Of a stretch of DNA of 64,000 nt, positions 1 through 15,000 are shown in pieces. The stretch covers positions 1 through 64,000 of the forward strand of contig NMRA01000202.1 in NCBI GenBank assembly GCA_002633005.1, in the 5' to 3' direction. The DNA is from Phoronis australis (lineage: Eukaryota; Animalia; Phoronida). The number at the start of each line of letters is the position of its first letter. Position 1 is the stretch's first letter. A program made the position numbers and the translations under genes. The notes beneath the pieces are model-generated. The model worked only from the letters and a program-made list of their open reading frames with translations. It did no database searches and had not been told where the DNA came from.

Positions 1-500
1 GTTGGCCCGACGTAACGTGAGTCGTCGGACCGACGTTGGGCCACCGACAGCATGCTATCTGGGAATTCTTGAAATGAAAGATAAAAAAGCAGGAATTAAC
101 TATCAGATACTATCTCACAAATTGGATATTATTATTATGGTCCTTGGAGAGTGGTCTTTTCCCACAGTTGTTGTGTAATTCTCTAAAAATGTAGGTCATG
201 CTTACCCGCTTAGCAGATTTTGAAAGTTTTCAAATTTTCTTCCAAACATTTGATGCCTAACGGTTGTCAAGGGTTACACTTTACAGAGCATTCAATTTTG
301 TTTCGGAGAACTGGATTGGAAAGTCGTTTTTATAGTATCTGTTAATTGTTAAAACCCAGGTTTGGTGTTGTTTTAACCGTGACTATCAGTCACATTAGTA
401 TGTGTACTTGTTAATGTCTTAAGTTGGACTACAGTTTTTGGAGGCAGCATTTGCGACCTGAAATTTGGAAATGCGAGCTGAGATTTTTGTCAGCTCGTAT

Positions 501-810
501 CTAGAGAATACTTTGTTCGGCGAACGATAGGTGTCTCTATAGGACGCCCTTCCGCTACTCGCTTCAACCCACGATTGTGCTGTCGGACTCTTTTATTGAT
601 CCTCTTCATAAATAAACATATAGTTATTTCAAAGATCGTCTTTATTAGAATGAAGAGGATCTGTAAATAAAGTTCTACTATGTGAAATACGACTTACAAT
701 AGTCTTATTTACCAATAAAAGAGTCCGACAGCACAATCGTGGGTTGAAGCGAGTAGCGGAAGGACGTCCCATAGCGACACCTATCGTTCGCCGAACAAAG
801 TATTCTCTAG
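501..810. mobile_element. MITE with 98-bp terminal inverted repeats
   Basis: 501-598 is the reverse complement of 713-810 (3 mismatches by eye); TAT flanks both ends (498-500, 811-813); no credible coding content. Confidence 0.8.
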
Positions 811-2717
811 TATCAAGTCGCAAAATGCGACCTGGAATTTCCAAGGAATGCGAGCTGAGTTTTTACTCTTCTCAACAGATACCTGGCAAATACAAAGCAG
901 CTCTTGTCAATCCGACCGTTATTTGGTTGTTGCCAAATCCAAGTTCAAAAGAACACTAACCGAGAACAGCACTCCCGATGATTTGTAAGCAAGTCGCGTG
1001 AACATGGGATATGCAGAATCGATCTTTGACGCGTTTCATTGGCTAACACTTTCGGCCACTTTTGTAAATTCCCGGATTCGCCAACTAAAGAAAGTTTCGG
1101 GCCACTGCTTAACACTTGATAAAACTTCACAAAACAACGGTGTTTCTATTAATTCTTAAGCGATCGACTTACCAAACTTTGTGGTCGACAAAAATGTTTA
1201 TTTTTCACATAAGATGTCCTTATTAAATGTACCAATTACCCACGACAATATCCCTGATATCGCACTGCGGCACCGTTAGTGCACAAACTTTCCCGGCAGA
1301 CAATCGTGACTTAGACTGAGATGTGCTTCTCCTTTTTACCGTATTAAGACAGCCAAAGTGAAAATGACAACCTTATTAATCACCAAACAACGGTCACGTC
1401 TTTACTTTCAGTTGCCAAGAAATTCTCAAAGCCTTTGCTTGTTTCTGGGGCTACGTGCGCGAAATATGAGTTGTCTTTCACACGTTGTTGCCAACGTAAA
1501 GTGTAGGCCTGCTCCAGCGATTTAAGTGCATGAACTCACGCGTGCGCACTACTTCAAAGAACAGCGACAGTCCTAAATGAAAGAGTATACCGGTTTGGCA
1601 TTTTTATTTGAAAATGAACTCAGATTCCCAGCGGTTATAAAAGACCCGATGTCCCGGGACCAATATAACCCAGAACTGACGTTTTCCTGTTCTGATGTTT
1701 CCCGAGGTCGATGTTCTGTAAACCCTGTATTCTATGCCCGTAGCCAGCTATTGCAACTAAACTGGCACTAGATGCGAAATTGTGGTTCAAGTTAGCGTAA
1801 AATGTTCAGACTCCTATAGAAACAACCTTGTTCTGGCTGAAGCGGGCAGTTAAAAACAAAATCATTCTGGGTGGCTAAAAAGGGTACAAGGTAGGTGGTA
1901 ACAATATCCAGAAAGTCACCCCTACAAGATGGAGTTTGCCTCGCAAAATCGTATTATTATAACGTTTCTTACCATTGCAGCATTTTAATATCTTATTACC
2001 GCAAACACTGAGGTTAACGACTATGCTCACGCACAAGCCTACTCCCTACCATTAAAGTGTTTCATAATAAGCGCTTACTGACCTATTAAAAGTCCCCCCT
2101 TAAATTTTGAGAATTTCCAATTTAGTGCCCAAAGTTCAAGCTAGCGCCCTACAAACGACCGCGTGTGGTTTAAAATTGACACGCAGCTTATATGGTGTGT
2201 CACTTTCATTTTACACAACTTCAGCTTTCAAAAACGTCTTCACAATATGTAAAAACCAAATCCCGGCTTTGTTTTATACCTCGGAAAGAAAGTTAACACA
2301 AGTGTCATGCGTGTCGTTTTGTGACTGACCTATTTTTCCCATACTTGGAAGGTATTGAAGAGCAAACTCGCCATTACCCGAGTTAGTTTGAATCGTTAAC
2401 TACTTTGATGACAACCAGTAGCAGGCCAGATCTAACAAAATCCCGGATACTTTTTCAACGGGTATTTTCTCCCTTTTCACATCGCAAATTTAGCTGACTT
2501 CCTTCAACACAGGTTGTGAATTCGCACCCGATTTGTGCTACATCTGAAGACCCCATGATTTAGCCCATTGGTAAAAAGGCAAAACGTTGCATTTTACCTT
2601 TGAATGTCTTTGTTACTGTGATTACTTTTAAGTTCTCAATCTCTGTTCATCGTTCAAGTTTTCCCTTCAAATGTTTTAATTCTTGCTGTTTATGAATTTT
2701 GATTTTATTTCAGAATC

Positions 2718-3047
2718 ATGAAGCTACAGATATTGCTGTTCATCATTATAGTAATAAACTCATCACATTGCCGACCAACTTCAAAAGATAGTCTTATCAA
2801 GACACAGGGACTCTTTACAAAACTTGGACACTTTATTTCACACCATCCCTACCATGTGAGAAATGGAGGACATGGGAGATTATTCCAGTGGTCATGCACA
2901 GCGTGTAAGTTCATAGTGGGACTGCTCCAGGATCTAGTTCGGCTCAACAAGAGCGAGACGGAGATTATTCACTTGATTCAAGAAGTGTGCGTCAAGTTGG
3001 AAATTGAAGATAGGCGGGTATGCGATGACTTATGCGTGGAGTTTAAG
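2718..3047 (+). CDS. SMPD1: SMPD1 coding exon 1 (signal peptide, start of saposin-B)
   Basis: [18 protein letters not shown]...CTACKFIV...[10 protein letters not shown], donor AAG|gtaaaa. An acceptor tttcag lies just upstream (AG 2712-2713), implying a 5'UTR intron. Confidence 0.93.
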
Positions 3048-6000
3048 GTAAAAAATTGTTTCCTGTGAAATCAATGACTTGTGGCGTGACATTATATAAC
3101 ATTATATTGTCATGATGGACCATCTGGAGGGCAACTCTAGATGGTCAGATAACCTCAAATCTTTCCGCTCAATTACTCATTATTGTACTTCAATCTGACC
3201 GTGTTAAGATACAAGTAGGGTAATCAATAAGGCCATCTCATATTACACAGCGACACTCCAATCTCGTTTTATTTACCCACAATGCAGTAAACATCCGTCT
3301 GGCACATTTGTTGCCTCACTTTCTTGCCACTGGAGTTTCACATGTTATTTCTTGTTATCTGTTTCTTTCTGTTGCACTACTCTATTCGTCCTTCCGTTGT
3401 CAACGAAGTATTACTGCTGTGCTGTGGGCTGCAACTCCGACGAAAGAAAGTTTGATAAACTGGACAAATACCCGTGGATGCGTGATCTGAAATTCTTCAC
3501 CTTCCCGATACTAAAAAGACCCGAAAATGTGTCTGATTTGCAAAGCGAGGTCACGCGCTTCTTATCGCCACTTGATGGCCCTAAAGATGTTTGATTTCAT
3601 TTTTTGTCCTTTTTGTGGATGGAAATGGTACTTCCAGGGGCAGGTCCAGGATTTTGAGTTGGGGGGGCAGGGTACAGCAATAACCAGAATTTTGGCAGAT
3701 GCGCGTGCCCAGCCTAAACTGTAGGGATGCAGGGGTCTCGAATTTTTGGGTTTGCGGATGTTTTGACCAAAAAAAGGTAAAGGGGTTTGTTGTTCAGGGC
3801 CTGTGCATTGTTTATTCACCTCCCGTCAGCCCCCTTGTTGCATGCATGTGCTAGTCAGCGATTTGCACCCAAACTGCCAAATGGTGTCTGGTAGAATATT
3901 TTGGGAGCCATAGCCCCCTTGTCCCCCCCCCCTAAATCTGCCACTGACTAGTGATATTACTGTGTCCAGCATGCATACATTCCTTGAAGTGAAGTTCTTC
4001 ATAATTAGCTTTATGAAAAATAACAGCTATAAGGAATTCTGATCTTCAATTTTCAAATATACAAGTGTCCTTTGTCACTGAACATGAAATATTATACCTG
4101 CCTTCAATTTCCATTTGTCTATTGACGGAGGATAGATAATATTTTGATATTGAAAATTTTAGATTAGAATGCCTTTTTTCTTGATTGTCAGAACTAGTAA
4201 TGGTATCCAATATTGTGGATTGGGATTACCTTGTTTGGTTAAAAATTTGTCTCGTTTTTTGGCATGGTTATAAGTACACAAACATGTAAAATGGCGTGGG
4301 AATTATCACTTGTGAATGGGCGCAATTTCTCAAAACACAATATGTATTTTGATAGTAGCTGTTATGTAGAGGTTGGAAATTTGTTGCTTCATATCTTTTA
4401 TATTAAAAAATAAATTATTTCACTTATCAGCCGTATTGTGACAGGACTAAGTCATGTTTTACTCTAAACAAACACCTGGAAATGAAGATGTTACAACAAG
4501 GAAGAATTTTGATGTATGGATCCAATCTTTGAGTTGCAAGTACAGTAAAACTCACATACCGGTAAGGTAGAAATTCGTAAGTCGGATTTTCGATCACTCA
4601 TACAAAGTCCCGAGGTATGGTTGTTCTAGTTTGTGCATTGGTCCCTTCAGAAAAGTCAAAATTTTGCCTTGCTCAAATGTAATCTCTCACTCCGTTTATG
4701 CGAGTTTTATATATTTTTCAGTTTATTAGTATTAAATAAATGCTAAAAGTAATTCAGTCCTTGAATGAAAAAATAAATATGATATTATTTTGCATACTCA
4801 ACGTGACCCCGCTGCTGGAAGATTTCCTTGACTTTTGTTTTTTCGTAGCATATATATGTTAATAAGATTAAATGTCATGTTGTGTGATGTTTACTTTGTT
4901 TTTGGATACAGGAAGAGGTGTTCACAGTGTTTGAGAAAGTCGCTCTCAGTCCAGACGAAGTGTGTGGATTAGTATTTGGCAACTCCTGTGGTCATAAGTA
5001 TGACCCTTTTAGCGACTGGAACGTGACCTTCCCCAAGAAACCTAAACCTCCACCGCAACCACCCAAACCACCGCAGGTATAGTTCTGCCCACATGCATAA
5101 CCCTGACCAGTAGATTCTCTGTTATTCACTATTCTGTTCTGTCTTGTTATTAAACCTGTAGTAACGTCCTCTTCTATCAAAAAATGTTATTTCTAGTCAG
5201 ACCACATATTATAATTGTAAAATTGGTCCCAAAATTGTCTTCTTGTGATGGCAATTCTATATTTGGACCAGAGCAATAATAGAAAAATGAGTAGTCAAAC
5301 AGCAATTGACAATAACTGAATGCGATGTACAAAAGATACACACGTGCAATTATTCAAATATAAGTTATTCAAAATGTCATCACTGGTATGTTTTGTTTCC
5401 ATTGATGATGTTTAAAGTTGAAAAAAAAATTTGGATGTTTTTATTAAATTAATGAACATCCTCTTTGGTTATTGCCAAAGTGCTGGCTTGTTTTCCATAT
5501 TGGTTGAAGTGGTCTCTCGGCTTGTGAAAAACTGATCATCTTTGTTTGGGGCCAAGCACAATTGTTTCAGATCAGCTTATTGAGCTTGGTCACATGCAGC
5601 AATGAACTGCCACTTCTTTCAAAGCTAAGAAAACATGTGAATAAGGGACAACTAGAGGCCAATTTTATACCGACTAGTTAATACGCATGTAAATGAAAAG
5701 TGTTTTTGGTGTTTTTTGAAGATTTGAAAGTCATGTTTACTTAACATCTCAAATGCTATGTCATATCAAAGATAAGTTAAGTGACTCACATGAAAACATT
5801 GATAAATAAAAGTTCAGTGTAAGCCAAGTTTGGAAACAATAATCCGGTGAGCCGATACTCAGGTCATTCCGCTGCGAGTTACACTTGGACATGTTGCAGT
5901 ATCTGATTTCTAAAGTCACTGGGATCTTGCACTGATTAGTGATAAATAGGATTGATGTGTAAACAGGATCAATCAGCAATGTGCCAGAATCATGAATTGT

Positions 6001-9000
6001 GAGGCCAATGAGCTGTGAGTCACACTTTAATATCAAGTCTCCTGAGCAGACTTGGTGTGTACAAAGACTACAACTACCATTGAATGGAGGGCTGGTCCAT
6101 CCAACGGTGTTTTTGGGTCTGGCCTAAGGAGTTTATCTTCAACCATTGGATTGAGATGTCCTGTCAATTTTTTATGTTGTTGTTGAAATGACAAATCATG
6201 GTGTCTAAGACATGTTTCAGTGTTAACTATTCTGTTTCTAACGTCATCAATAAATTTGCTAATTAAAATTAGCAAAACAATTCAACAGAGGCTTTGGTTT
6301 TTCTTTTAAGAATCTGTGTACCTATTTTTTCTCTAACCTAGCTTTTAGTGCTGAAAACATTACGGCGTTTTCCCGTTGCTCCCAACTTGTTTGATTCTAT
6401 AGCCCAACAACAAGTTGGGAAGTTTACCCCTGTAGCCAATATCTTACACGACTGATTAACTCCATACTGGCATTCATGGTTGGAGGGCCAGCTCTCTTTT
6501 TTTCAATAATTGCTCTAATCTTCAAAAAGATTGTATATAGCCTGACTGGGCTGTGCTGTTAAAAATAAAAGTTAAGTTATAACATATTTGAACATAAACC
6601 AATAGCATTTCTGAAATCCTCGTCTAATGGTGATCATGTTTAGATTTTGAATCACCAAAATCGCCCAACTGCAACCGAAGTTATGATAATCTATTCTTTC
6701 TGAATGTACCAATCAATTCACTCTGGGTTTCATGATGTTCACATGTGGTCTGTAATAATCCTGGCAGATAATTGGCCTGCCTGTTGTCATAGCAGACAAA
6801 AGACTTTGCTTGGCTGTTAACAAAGAAGCTAGATCTATGTTTTCACATGCTCGAAATCCCCTTCGTCTGGTTAAGTCACTGAACAGGGAAAACGCTGTCA
6901 TAAAATTCATTGTGGAACTTTGGCAATAGCAAAGAAAGATAACATTCATTTAAGTCCACAATAACTTGTCCTCTTTTTCTAAAGGTCTGGGTGTTTTGAT
7001 AAAGCTGGTTAAGACAGTAACTGGGTCACTGGGTCACTTTCATCTCAGGGTATTATGAATTATCAGTCTTTGCAAAACTTTGTAAAATTCCCACTGCATG
7101 TCAGATCTCTGCTTGGTTGCATAGGGAGAAAGTGAATATAATGTATAGGGAGAAAAACGACAAAAGCGTAACACTACTTGACATTACACTTTTTTATTGA
7201 ACAAGTCTTGTTCACAACTTTTAATAATCAGTCGATACCATTAATTAGAAATTTTATCTTATACATAGCTTTTCCTGAAAGTGTCTCACTGATCACTGGG
7301 TTTAGTATTCGGTTGCTGTAATGACCGCAATTTCTAAATGTTAAAACCATGGATTAAAACTATGGATTGGCATATTTTGATTACTTTAAAAAGGTCATAA
7401 ACTCTTGTTCCCTTGGATAAACGAACTTTTTATTTAGGCCACTTACCGAGTGTAAAATTCGTCTTAACTTGTTCCTTGCTCAGATGGCAAATGATTTCTA
7501 TGTTTGCAAGAAACTGAGTTTTTTCCTTGAGGTCATGCCAGGCACTTAAAATAACGTGCAATGTTAAGTCAGCTTGCATAACATGTTCTCAAACAATAAT
7601 GAACTGTCACTTCTATCCACACTTTGATGTCAACTCCAGGAACAAACTTTATATAATCTTAATCAAAAGTCAATTTCTGTGATGGAAGCCATGATTATTT
7701 TTCTCTTAATTTAAAATTTGTTTTGTGTGTCATCCCTTTCAGCCTGGCTCACCGACCCTACGTGTTTTGACTCTGTCTGACATCCACTTCGACCCGCAAT
7801 ACAAAGTCGGGGGAAACGCTGACTGTGGGGAACCATTGTGTTGCCGTAGCGACAACGGGCCAGTGGGTGAGTACTAGATCCTGAAGGAATACTACTATAG
7901 AAACAAAAACTTAGTGAGATAAAGGCTTAGCAGTTGGCATGAATATAAACTGTGTTCCACTGACATTAGACTTTTAAGTTAAGTATCACATTTGAACCAC
8001 TTATAAACCTTAATTCCCTAATTTTCAATATGTTTTAATCAAAGTTTGCTGTATCTAAATCAACTTATTAGTGTAAACCACCGTTGTCTTGGGTCTTGTA
8101 GGTAAGCGAGCATTGAAATACAGTTTGTGTACTAGTTACCGACTTGTTGTGCTTTAATTTCATCAAATCAGTAATATCTAGGCTAACCATACATTTTCCT
8201 CCTAAATTGTTTATCATGCTCTCTTATTGCAGCTCCTGGTTCCAGCCCAGCTATGAAGTATGGTGACTATAGGAATTGTGACACTAACATGCATCTGTTC
8301 ACCAGCCTAATGAACCGGCTTAAGACTGAGACAGTAAGTTATTACTCTGGAAAAGCCAGGTCCAGTGGCTGCATGTCTAACTCATGCAAGAGCAATTTAA
8401 GGCTTTGAGTAATGCTAGGCTAGTAAAAGGTCTCAATTTGGTTGTCTTCAAAAGGGCATGTTTCAGAAATGGTTGATCAGCGAATGGAAATTTCAGATAT
8501 TTTTTGCTACGGTCACATGTGAGGGATCAGTATTTTAAAGTCTTTGGAAAACAGACAGGTTTGTATTTACTGAAGACGGAATGAAAAGATGGACAAGTTT
8601 AGATTGACTGATGACCTAATGAAAAAAGGGACCTGTTTCTGTTTGTATTAGCTGATGATCTACTGAAAAGTGACAGGTTGGTATATTGTCTGATGACCAA
8701 ATCTAAAACGGACAGGTTTATATTGACTGGTGACCTAATGAAAAACAGAATGCTTCTATTGACTGGTGACCTAAGGAAAAACTGAAAGTTTGTATTAACT
8801 AATGAAAAATGCAGACAGGTCATTGATCGATACATAGCTATGTGCCAGTTCGCCAAATAGGTTTTGACAAAATTCCCAAGTTGCCTAATAGGAACTGGGG
8901 TTGCCAACAAAAAGGCTGTTTTGACATCTTCGTTGTTGAAACTTACACATACAATGTATTCACAGCACACAATAGACACTTGTTTTTCATTGACGTGTTA

Positions 9001-12000
9001 CTCTGATTTTAGTTTGATTACATTCTATGGCTGGGTGACTTGCCACCTCATGACGTATGGAAGCAGACAAAGAATGGCCAGCTAGCCTACTACTCCTGGC
9101 TTCTCAACACATTCCTTGCCGCATTCCCAGGGGTCAAAGTTTACTCGGCATTAGGCAACCATGAAAGTGCACCTGTCAACAGGTAGGTTGTGTGAACTTT
9201 TCATAGTCTGTTTTAGAATGAGGAACTTGAAATTCCGTAAGTGGCTGAAATGAAACTACAACAGTTCCGCCAGTAGAAATGAATGTATCCAGGTCACGTG
9301 AGGTCTTGTATTATGAGTGCCCCTCATGGTTGTTTTCAGTTAATAGAGAGCCCTTCGTTCATCAACTCCAACTTGTGAATATCGAATCGCCCTTTTGTAG
9401 CTGTCAAAACGCATGAGATACGTACTGATGTCTTGACCATGGGTACTTTTTGCCCAGCCATATGAAGTGTAGATGTTTAGTAAGTCGAAAGCAGTCCATG
9501 TGTGTGGAACCATTTCTCTGTTTTGAACCTAATATTATGTGTAAATTTTAAAAAGCTAGATGTTTTAATGTATAAAATTTGGATAATTGTTTCATTTAAC
9601 ATTGGTGCTTTAAAGTATCATGACGCTGTTCCTCACCACAACTTGTTGCCTAAATTTTCTGTTTGGATCAATAAAAGAGCTATAAAAACTTTTGTTCAAT
9701 GAATTCAAAATCTGAAGGTACTATAATCAAGACATGTTAATCGCTTTAAGAATACATCTTGGGACTTGGAAGTGACTCGCCAGATGTCTTGGATCTTTAT
9801 TCTCTTTTCAATTTGTGCTCTGTCCAATCTGACTCAAAACAATAGCCTAAAGCGCACCAAAGAGTGCTCCAAAGGATGCGGACATTGTTGATCTTGTATG
9901 ATTATTGACTTCAATTCCAATCTTTTCTTACTCCAGCTTTCCTCCTCCATTCATTGAAGGCAACGACTCCATCTCTTGGCTGTATAAAGCACTAGCCCAA
10001 GTGTGGACTACAGAGGGCATCCCAATAACCACCGTACATGACATTGAGAAGTTTGTATTAAATCTGTCTTCCTTCGCTGCATTTGTGAGCTTTGTAGGAA
10101 TTTGCCTTTTGTAACTACAAATAAGAAGTGTTTATTAAAGTAAAATTTTCTTAATTTGCCTTTCTTCACCTCATATCAGAAGTTTGGGTTTGGTTTTATG
10201 CTAATAGATGTGTTTTGTTTTTGTTATGCTTGGCTGATCACGGGACTCAAGCCTCTATTGCAGTTACCTGTTCTTTTCCAGAGGAGGTTATTACACAGCG
10301 TTGGTGCGGCCTGGTCTCAGGATTGTCTCCATCAATATGAATTACTGCAACAACCAGAATTGGTAAAGATTATAAATTGTTTTTCTGCAATTAAATCTAG
10401 GTGTAACACTGAACTGAACTGATTTTATCAGCTGTCAAGATTGAAGATATTACCTTCCAAAGTCAAATTTTATGCTTCTTACAAAATTGTGGGACACCTA
10501 AAATTCTGGAGGGTCTTTCCATCACCAAAAACATTGAGAAGAAAGACTAAGCATGTTGTCAATGAATGATGCATGTCAATATTTATGTGATAATCTTGTT
10601 TTACTTACAGATACTCGACAGAAATCTGGTAGTCTTTGCTCAATTTTACCTGAACTTTTAACTTCCGTGTGATCACTTGCAATTACGTGAAGAAAACTCA
10701 CAATTTATGGCAAATTTATGAGGATAATTTTGCATCGCAGAAAATTGCTCTTGTCATTACAATTGGACTGACTTACTCAATTCACCACTTTGTGTAACTG
10801 TTATCTTGTCCATTCACTTAGAGATTAAGGAGTATTTGAACATCATGTTATCCAGGTGGCTGTTAATAAACACAACAGACCCTGCCCAACAACTGCAATG
10901 GTTGATAGGAGTGCTGCAGTCTGCCGAGGACAAGGGTGAACGGGTTCACATCATTGGACACATTCCTCCGGGCAATGGTGATTGTTTGAAGACATGGAGC
11001 TGGAACTATTACAAAATTGTCAACAGGTTTGTTTTAAAATCTCACTGATAGTAAATGTACAACTCTTTAGTATTGGGAGAGCACAGCATCGTCCGCTTGA
11101 TCCAATTTCCAATTCTGGAGTGCTAGACAGGCCGGGTTGATTGGGATGATACATGATTTCTTTCATTCACAAACGTTTGAGACAAAAAATTTTGTGTGAA
11201 GCATTGGTATCCCCACTCAAAAGTGACAATTTGATGGCATGGTGATCGCAAAGAATTCAAAAACACTGCAATGAATTCATGCCAGAATGCGAAACACTGT
11301 CCACCAACTATCCTATTGCCATCTAGCAACAAGGTGTATTTCATCATGTTGCCACTTTGTAGTGGAAGGTGGCTGTTAGAAGACATCCCCCGAGGAGGCA
11401 TCAGATTTGAGGCCATGGCACAGCTGCATTATTATTACACTGTCGATGTCACCCCTTCACAGTTCACGGAGAACATCCTTTAGACTGTGATTTTTTTTCT
11501 AGAGATTCTACTTGATTTCTGCAAACAATTTATTTCAAGGCATAATGCTATCTAAAGCAAGCTTTGCGAGTGGAGATTCATGAGTTAAAAAGAAACTTGG
11601 TGGATCTTCTTCATAGACGAGATATCTGGGGTATTTAAACCTGTTTTTGATACATGAGTGTCTACAAAGTACATAGTAATCAAATAATATTTATTTTTCA
11701 AAGGTTTGATTACGATGAAGTTGAACAAAAAAATGAAAATTCTACCTTGTTATTTAGTAATGGAATTCTGTTCTAGATACGAGAATACCATTGTTGCTCA
11801 GTTCTTCGGTCACACCCACAAGGATTCCTTTGAGATATTCTATGATGATGAGACCTTCAAGCGCCCTGTCAATATGGCATACATCCTTCCCAGCGTGACT
11901 CCATACAGTTTCATCAATTCTGGCTTCAGACTCTTCACCATTGACGGAAACTACACAGGGTCCTCTTGGGTAAGGGGATACATGTACTGTACTGTTGTCA

Positions 12001-15000
12001 ATTTAAAGTCATGCATTTGTGAAATGGCGTGGTATGTTCATGTTTTAAGAATGCTGTCAGCTATGGTGAAAATTATTTTGTAACTGTTATTTGAACAGTT
12101 GGAATTCCAACAAATTAAATGTTCTGTGTAAATATAGAGTGGCAGCTAAATTTAGCACCTGTGTGCTCTCTATAGGGCCAGATTTTAGTGTGAAGTTGTG
12201 CTTTAATGAAGCGCCAAAGCATTGCCAAACGTCATAGAGGCTATGTCAAATCAGTGTCCAGCTGTAGACCTCCACTCCAGTATGCAGCCTATCCAAGTAA
12301 TAAATCACTTACAACACTAAAGTACTATTAGTGTCATGTTTTATGTGAAACTTATACATCAAGTGCATGCTGTCTGTAGCCATGTAACAAATGTGAATTT
12401 TGAAGGTTCGCTACTTAGCCAATAGTAAGTAAGAATTATTAGTCTTCATACACGCCATGTGTTAGTCACATCACGTGACCTAGAGTTAAGTCTGAAAAGA
12501 TCTCGTGACCATACCTCGAGTGCGGGACTTTCTGTTAACTGTGCAAAAGCTGTAGTCCTCTGTGCTATCGGCACAACTGGTGAGATCAGAGATCTTTTCA
12601 GACTTAACTATAGGTCATATGATGTGACAAGCGTATGGTGCATATGAAGACTTTTATATAATACTATATTAATGCACAGATTAATAGCTGTGCAATTATA
12701 AATATTGTTCACAGCTGTTCTTAGCTCGTTCTATCAAGCTCTAAGCATAAATTTTTTGTTCATTACAGGCAGTGCTTGACCACGAGACATTCATATTAAA
12801 TCTTACAAAAGCAAACATCACAGATAACCCTGTGTGGGAAAGGGAGTACTCAGCTAAGGTATGCTAACGTATAATCCATTCAGTGCTGCCATCTGCTGAA
12901 CAGTTAGAGTACAAGGCAAAAGTGATCACTTCAACTAATGTTTCCCTGTCGTGACGACTCATTCTGTTTATTGAAAAAAATGACTGGCAATGAATATTAT
13001 GGGGGCAAAATTATAAGTTCAGAGAGGACTGGCCACGTTGCCCTCTTTCTTGTTAATTTCCGTTTTTCTTGGTCATGAGGGAAACCCATTCTCGTGACAA
13101 TGAATTTGGCTTCTATCAAGCTGTCATAATGGAGAATTCTGGGTCATTTTGTCTTGTGGTTACTTTTCGGTTGCATGTACTGTTTATAGGGATGTTTTAG
13201 TTTACTATCCAGTTTTTATTGAAATGGTGTTATGCAGGGTTCACTTTTAGTAGTCTCTGGGTGGGTTCATTTTCTGTGAAAATTTCAATTTTTTAATTAT
13301 TTTATAAACACCTACAGTAGGTTACAATACTCACAATGTTTACTTCGCAGGATGTGAGTATAAAGGAGGAGCTCAGTTTACTACAGACATACACTTACTG
13401 CTCAGAGGCCTTTACACTGTCTTGATTAAATGTAGAAGGATCGATATGCATGTTGGAGTCAAACCTTCATTGTTGTCTTGGAGCCCCTGCTGTATTGTTC
13501 AAGTAATTACGATGTTGCTGTTGTTTAAGGGGACCGGTGTTCTTGTGCCGGTGCTGAACTGTGCTGTGACACCTTTTGGCATCTTGTTTAATTAAAAGTA
13601 AACACATTTAACTTTACATTGAAATGGAACAATACTGACTGTTGTTAAGTATCAATGACTTGCAGAAAACAGGATTTTGAGTATTGTCTCGAAATTTTGT
13701 GTCAGTAATTTCCTGACGAGACGCCAAGTGTGAAGCCTGACTTAAGCAAAGCATGATTTTTATTGTATTGTTCTGTGTTTATTTTTAGGATGCCTATGGT
13801 TTGTCATCCTTGAATCCTTCTGATTGGGATAGTCTGACCAAGAGAATGTTGAAACCAGACTCAAAGGATTTCAAAAATTACCTTAGGTACGGTTCTCATT
13901 AACCATTGTTCGTTATCAGAAGGTGTTTTCATACTAACGTCGATGCGTCGATTTTTGGGGAGTTGCGGTCACTATGAATGTTTAACTTCAGTCCTGGATC
14001 GAAGTTAACAGCGCCAGTTAACGTTGCACCAAACAGGTGGATTTAAGACGCTGCGGTGCGGTATGAATGGTCAACTTTGTTCCTATCGAAGTTATCGCCA
14101 GGTGCCACTGTTATCGTCAACAATTACAGGGTAGTGCCGTCGCTAATAGTTGCTTATAATTTGCTCTAATAATCACCAATCAATTTAAAAATAAGTTTTA
14201 TGTCAATTAGCACATGTAAATGTTCCCAAATTGTCACATAAAAAAATCTTAGAGTGTAGCGCTACCTTGGGATGACTTCGATGACGGCAGCATCACCTAC
14301 CATTTACTTCGATGTTCATTAACTACTGAATCCAGTATGAACAGTCCAATTAACTTCGCTGTTAACATCAACGCTCTGCTCAGGTCTGAGTTAAGTCAGT
14401 ATGAAAGGGCCTAGAGACATCCCTCAAATGCATATCTTCCAATTATTTTGCGGTCGAGGCTGCAAATTGTGGGTTCGTGCATTTATTGCCAACAGTGTTT
14501 TCAGCCATAACTGTTTTCATGCTCTGTTGACTTTCCATAAAAAATTGCAGATTCTGTGATGCTTGAATTGCGTCATTGAAAACCCTGAAAATTCACTAGC
14601 TTTACACTTACAGTTTCTGCTCATGGGAAGTTACGAGTTTGTCAAAAAGGTGGTTCATCATTTTGCTTGTCCACAAACCTAAAGCTTTTTTTAAGAGATG
14701 GCCGTGTATCGTTACAAATGGCTACTGCTATGAAATAATAAAAGCGTTTAGCTGGTGATACCATATAATATGTTTTATGAAAAAAATGATTTCATTTTTT
14801 GCCATTTTGTGTCCTAAATTGGTGAGATCTAGCATCGATCTAATTATTCAATGATATGCAAGGTTTGTTTTTGATCAAAAAAACTTTTTAATCAGGGCTT
14901 TTAATTTTCCGCGGAAACGCAGATTTCCGCTTTTTTCAAATGTGCTTTCCACTTTTTTTATAATATTTCCGCGTAAAAAAATCGGATTTCATATAAAATT

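Noticed and set aside
1-63. MITE right end (...TGCTATCTGGG)
   Set aside because: The partner end would lie outside the window, so it cannot be verified.
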